Source of the DNA: a virus
Lineage: Duplodnaviria; Heunggongvirae; Uroviricota; Caudoviricetes
Length of the DNA: 9,268 nucleotides
Direction: 5' to 3' (one strand)
IMG/VR virus record: IMGVR_UViG_2740892422_000004
Location: 1 to 9,268 of that record
Position numbers and translations under genes: made by a program. The number at the start of each line of letters is the position of its first letter. Position 1 is the stretch's first letter. The notes under the pieces are model-generated. The model ran no database searches. It was not told the DNA's origin and saw nothing but the letters and a program-made list of their open reading frames with translations. Below, in pieces: positions 7,255 through 9,268 of this stretch.

Positions 7255-9175
7255 TTACATCTGACGGTTTTTATTGAAGTTAATCAAACTACCCGCCTTG
7301 ATAATCTCGCGCTCTTCAGCAGTCAGACTTTCCATATAGAGCGTAATTTCCGTTACCGGCGCATCTTCATGGATCACATAACCTTTAAACGTCGTACCCG
7401 GATTATCCAGCGCCGCTTTAATGCCAGGGATGTAAATGTAATCCCCCACTTCAAAGGTTGGTACTTCCGCCATTTGCAGCGGTAACATCCCCCAGTTGAT
7501 GACGTTAGAACGATAGCGTTTAGTCGCGTACTCCTCGGCAATATTCGCCAGACCGCCAATCACACGCTGGCAGCTCGCCGCCTGTTCACGCGCAGAACCA
7601 TCGCCTGGTTTCACCGCATAGACCATGCTGCCAATTTCAGTTTGCAGCGGATCAATATGCTCCTGACCAGCAATCTGCTTAATGCGCGCAAACACCTCTG
7701 TCAGCTCGCTGACATTCCCCGCCAGACGCTGATTTTCCAGCTCAGCAGTCGCTTTACTTCTGCTAACATAACCGGGATCGCGGCGAGACAGGGTAAACTC
7801 CGCCAGACCAATCGGATTTGAACGATAAGAAGAGGTTTCACCGGAAGGAATCAGTTCGTCGGTGGTGGTCACTTCGTCGAGGATCTTCGAGCACACTTTC
7901 AGGACGATATTGTCAGTCAGCGCACCCAATTCCGGCCAGTCTTTAATGTTCGGCCCGTAAATCAGCGGTTGCTGAGTTGCCCCTTTCACAAAGCCCTGAT
8001 AAACACGGTTTTTATACGGCGTTACATCGAAGGCGTACTCCGGCACGTTGTCCCAGCAATCAAGTTCGCTGGCAGAGGTTAAATAGCCACCGTTTGCCGC
8101 AGTCGCAGCGATAGAACGAGCGTCCATCAACGCCACCGCTGACATCTGCCCATTAGCTGGCTTAGAGCCTTCGCGGTTCGGGAAGTTACGCGTGGTGTGG
8201 CGAATACTCAAACCGTTGTTGATTGGCGTATCGCCCGCGCCAAAGCATGGGCCGCAGAACGCGGTTCTGATGATTGCGCCTGCGCCAATCAAATCTGCTA
8301 CCACACCTTTTTTGGCGAGATCCATAAACACCGGCTGTGATGACGGGTAAACTGCCAGCGAGAAGGTGTCATTGCCACAGGATTGACCGCGCAGTGCATT
8401 CGCCGCCGCGATGACGTTTTCGTAGTTACCGCCAGAACAGCCCGCGATAATCCCCTGCTGCACTTTCAGGCGACCATTTTCCACTTTATCCAGCAGCGAG
8501 AGTTTGGCTTTACCGTGCGCCACGCGTTCGGACTCAATTTCAATCTCACGCAGAATGTCGGTCAGGTTCTGGTTCAGTGTGTCGATTTCATACACGTTGC
8601 TCGGGTGGAACGGCAGCGCAATCATTGGTTTGATGGCGCTTAAATCAACGCTGATGCAGCCATCGTAGTACGCCATCGGTTGAGGGTTAAGCTGGCAGTA
8701 ATCCTGGCCGCGACCGTGCAGCGCCAGCCAGTTATGGACTTCTTCATCGGTTTGCCAGACAGAACTTAAACAGGTCGTTTCAGTGGTCATCACGTCAACG
8801 CTGTTACGGAAATCGGTAGAGAGCGCGCTAACGCCCGGTCCAACGAACTCCATGACTTTGTTTTTGACGTAACCGTTTTTGAACACCGCGCCAATGATAG
8901 CCAGCGCCACATCCTGTGGCCCCACATACGGCGCAGGTTTTCCGGTCAGATGCACCGCAACCACGCCCGGATAGTCGATATCCCAGGTGTCATTAAGCAG
9001 CTGTTTTACCAACTCACCGCCGCCCTCACCGACTGCCATTGTCCCTAATGCACCGTAACGGGTGTGGCTGTCTGACCCGAGGATCATTTTGCCGCCGCCT
9101 GCCATCATCTCACGCATATATTGATGGATGACCGCAATATGCGGAGGCACAAAAATACCGCCATAACGCTGGGCC
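7255..9175 (-). pseudogene. ybhJ: ybhJ (aconitase-family putative hydratase), 3' portion only, interrupted by IS1
   Basis: Minus-strand ORF with the aconitase-type GSDSHT motif. Its reading frame runs straight into the IS1 end at 9176, so the first codons of the track ORF (MAAS) are IS1-derived and the native N-terminal part is absent from the window. Confidence 0.75.
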
Positions 9176-9268
9176 GGTGATGCTGCCAACTTACTGATTT
9201 AGTGTATGATGGTGTTTTTGAGGTGCTCCAGTGGCTTCTGTTTCTATCAGCTGTCCCTCCTGTTCAGC
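9176..9268 (+). mobile_element. IS1 left-end fragment (IRL plus start of insA), element body extends rightward beyond the window
   Basis: ggtgatgctgccaacttactgatttagtgtatgatggtgtttttgaggtgctccagtggcttctgtttctatcagctgtccctcctgttcagc matches the IS1 left end from memory. The insA GTG start is at 9231. The exact first base is uncertain by 1-2 nt because of the flanking g-run. Confidence 0.92.

Overview
The window is a ~9.1 kb segment whose two termini are perfect inverted copies of the first ~90 bp of IS1 (1-89 and 9176-9268). Between them lie, left to right: (i) the int-proximal end of a mosaic lambdoid prophage, all genes on the + strand: a 3' remnant of an upstream ORF cut by the left IS1, a Sak4-like Walker A/B recombination ATPase translationally coupled to a 195-aa protein with an SSB-like C-terminal tip, a run of small tightly packed accessory ORFs (Ea22-like, DUF551-like, a CxxC zinc-ribbon protein, several unknowns), then near-lambda xis and int; (ii) the prophage/host junction attL (B-O-P') with the lambda 15-bp core on the minus strand at 5677-5691; (iii) host genes ybhC, a REP/BIME cluster, and the 3' ~640 codons of ybhJ (aconitase family), which is interrupted by the right IS1. 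I did not recognise any known defence, toxin-antitoxin or CRISPR system. The most plausible place for unrecognised biology is the accessory ORF block between the recombination module and xis, especially the terminator-bracketed gene pair at 3509-4230. All identifications rest on reading the sequence and on recall of the lambda, IS1 and E. coli K-12 sequences; no database search was run.
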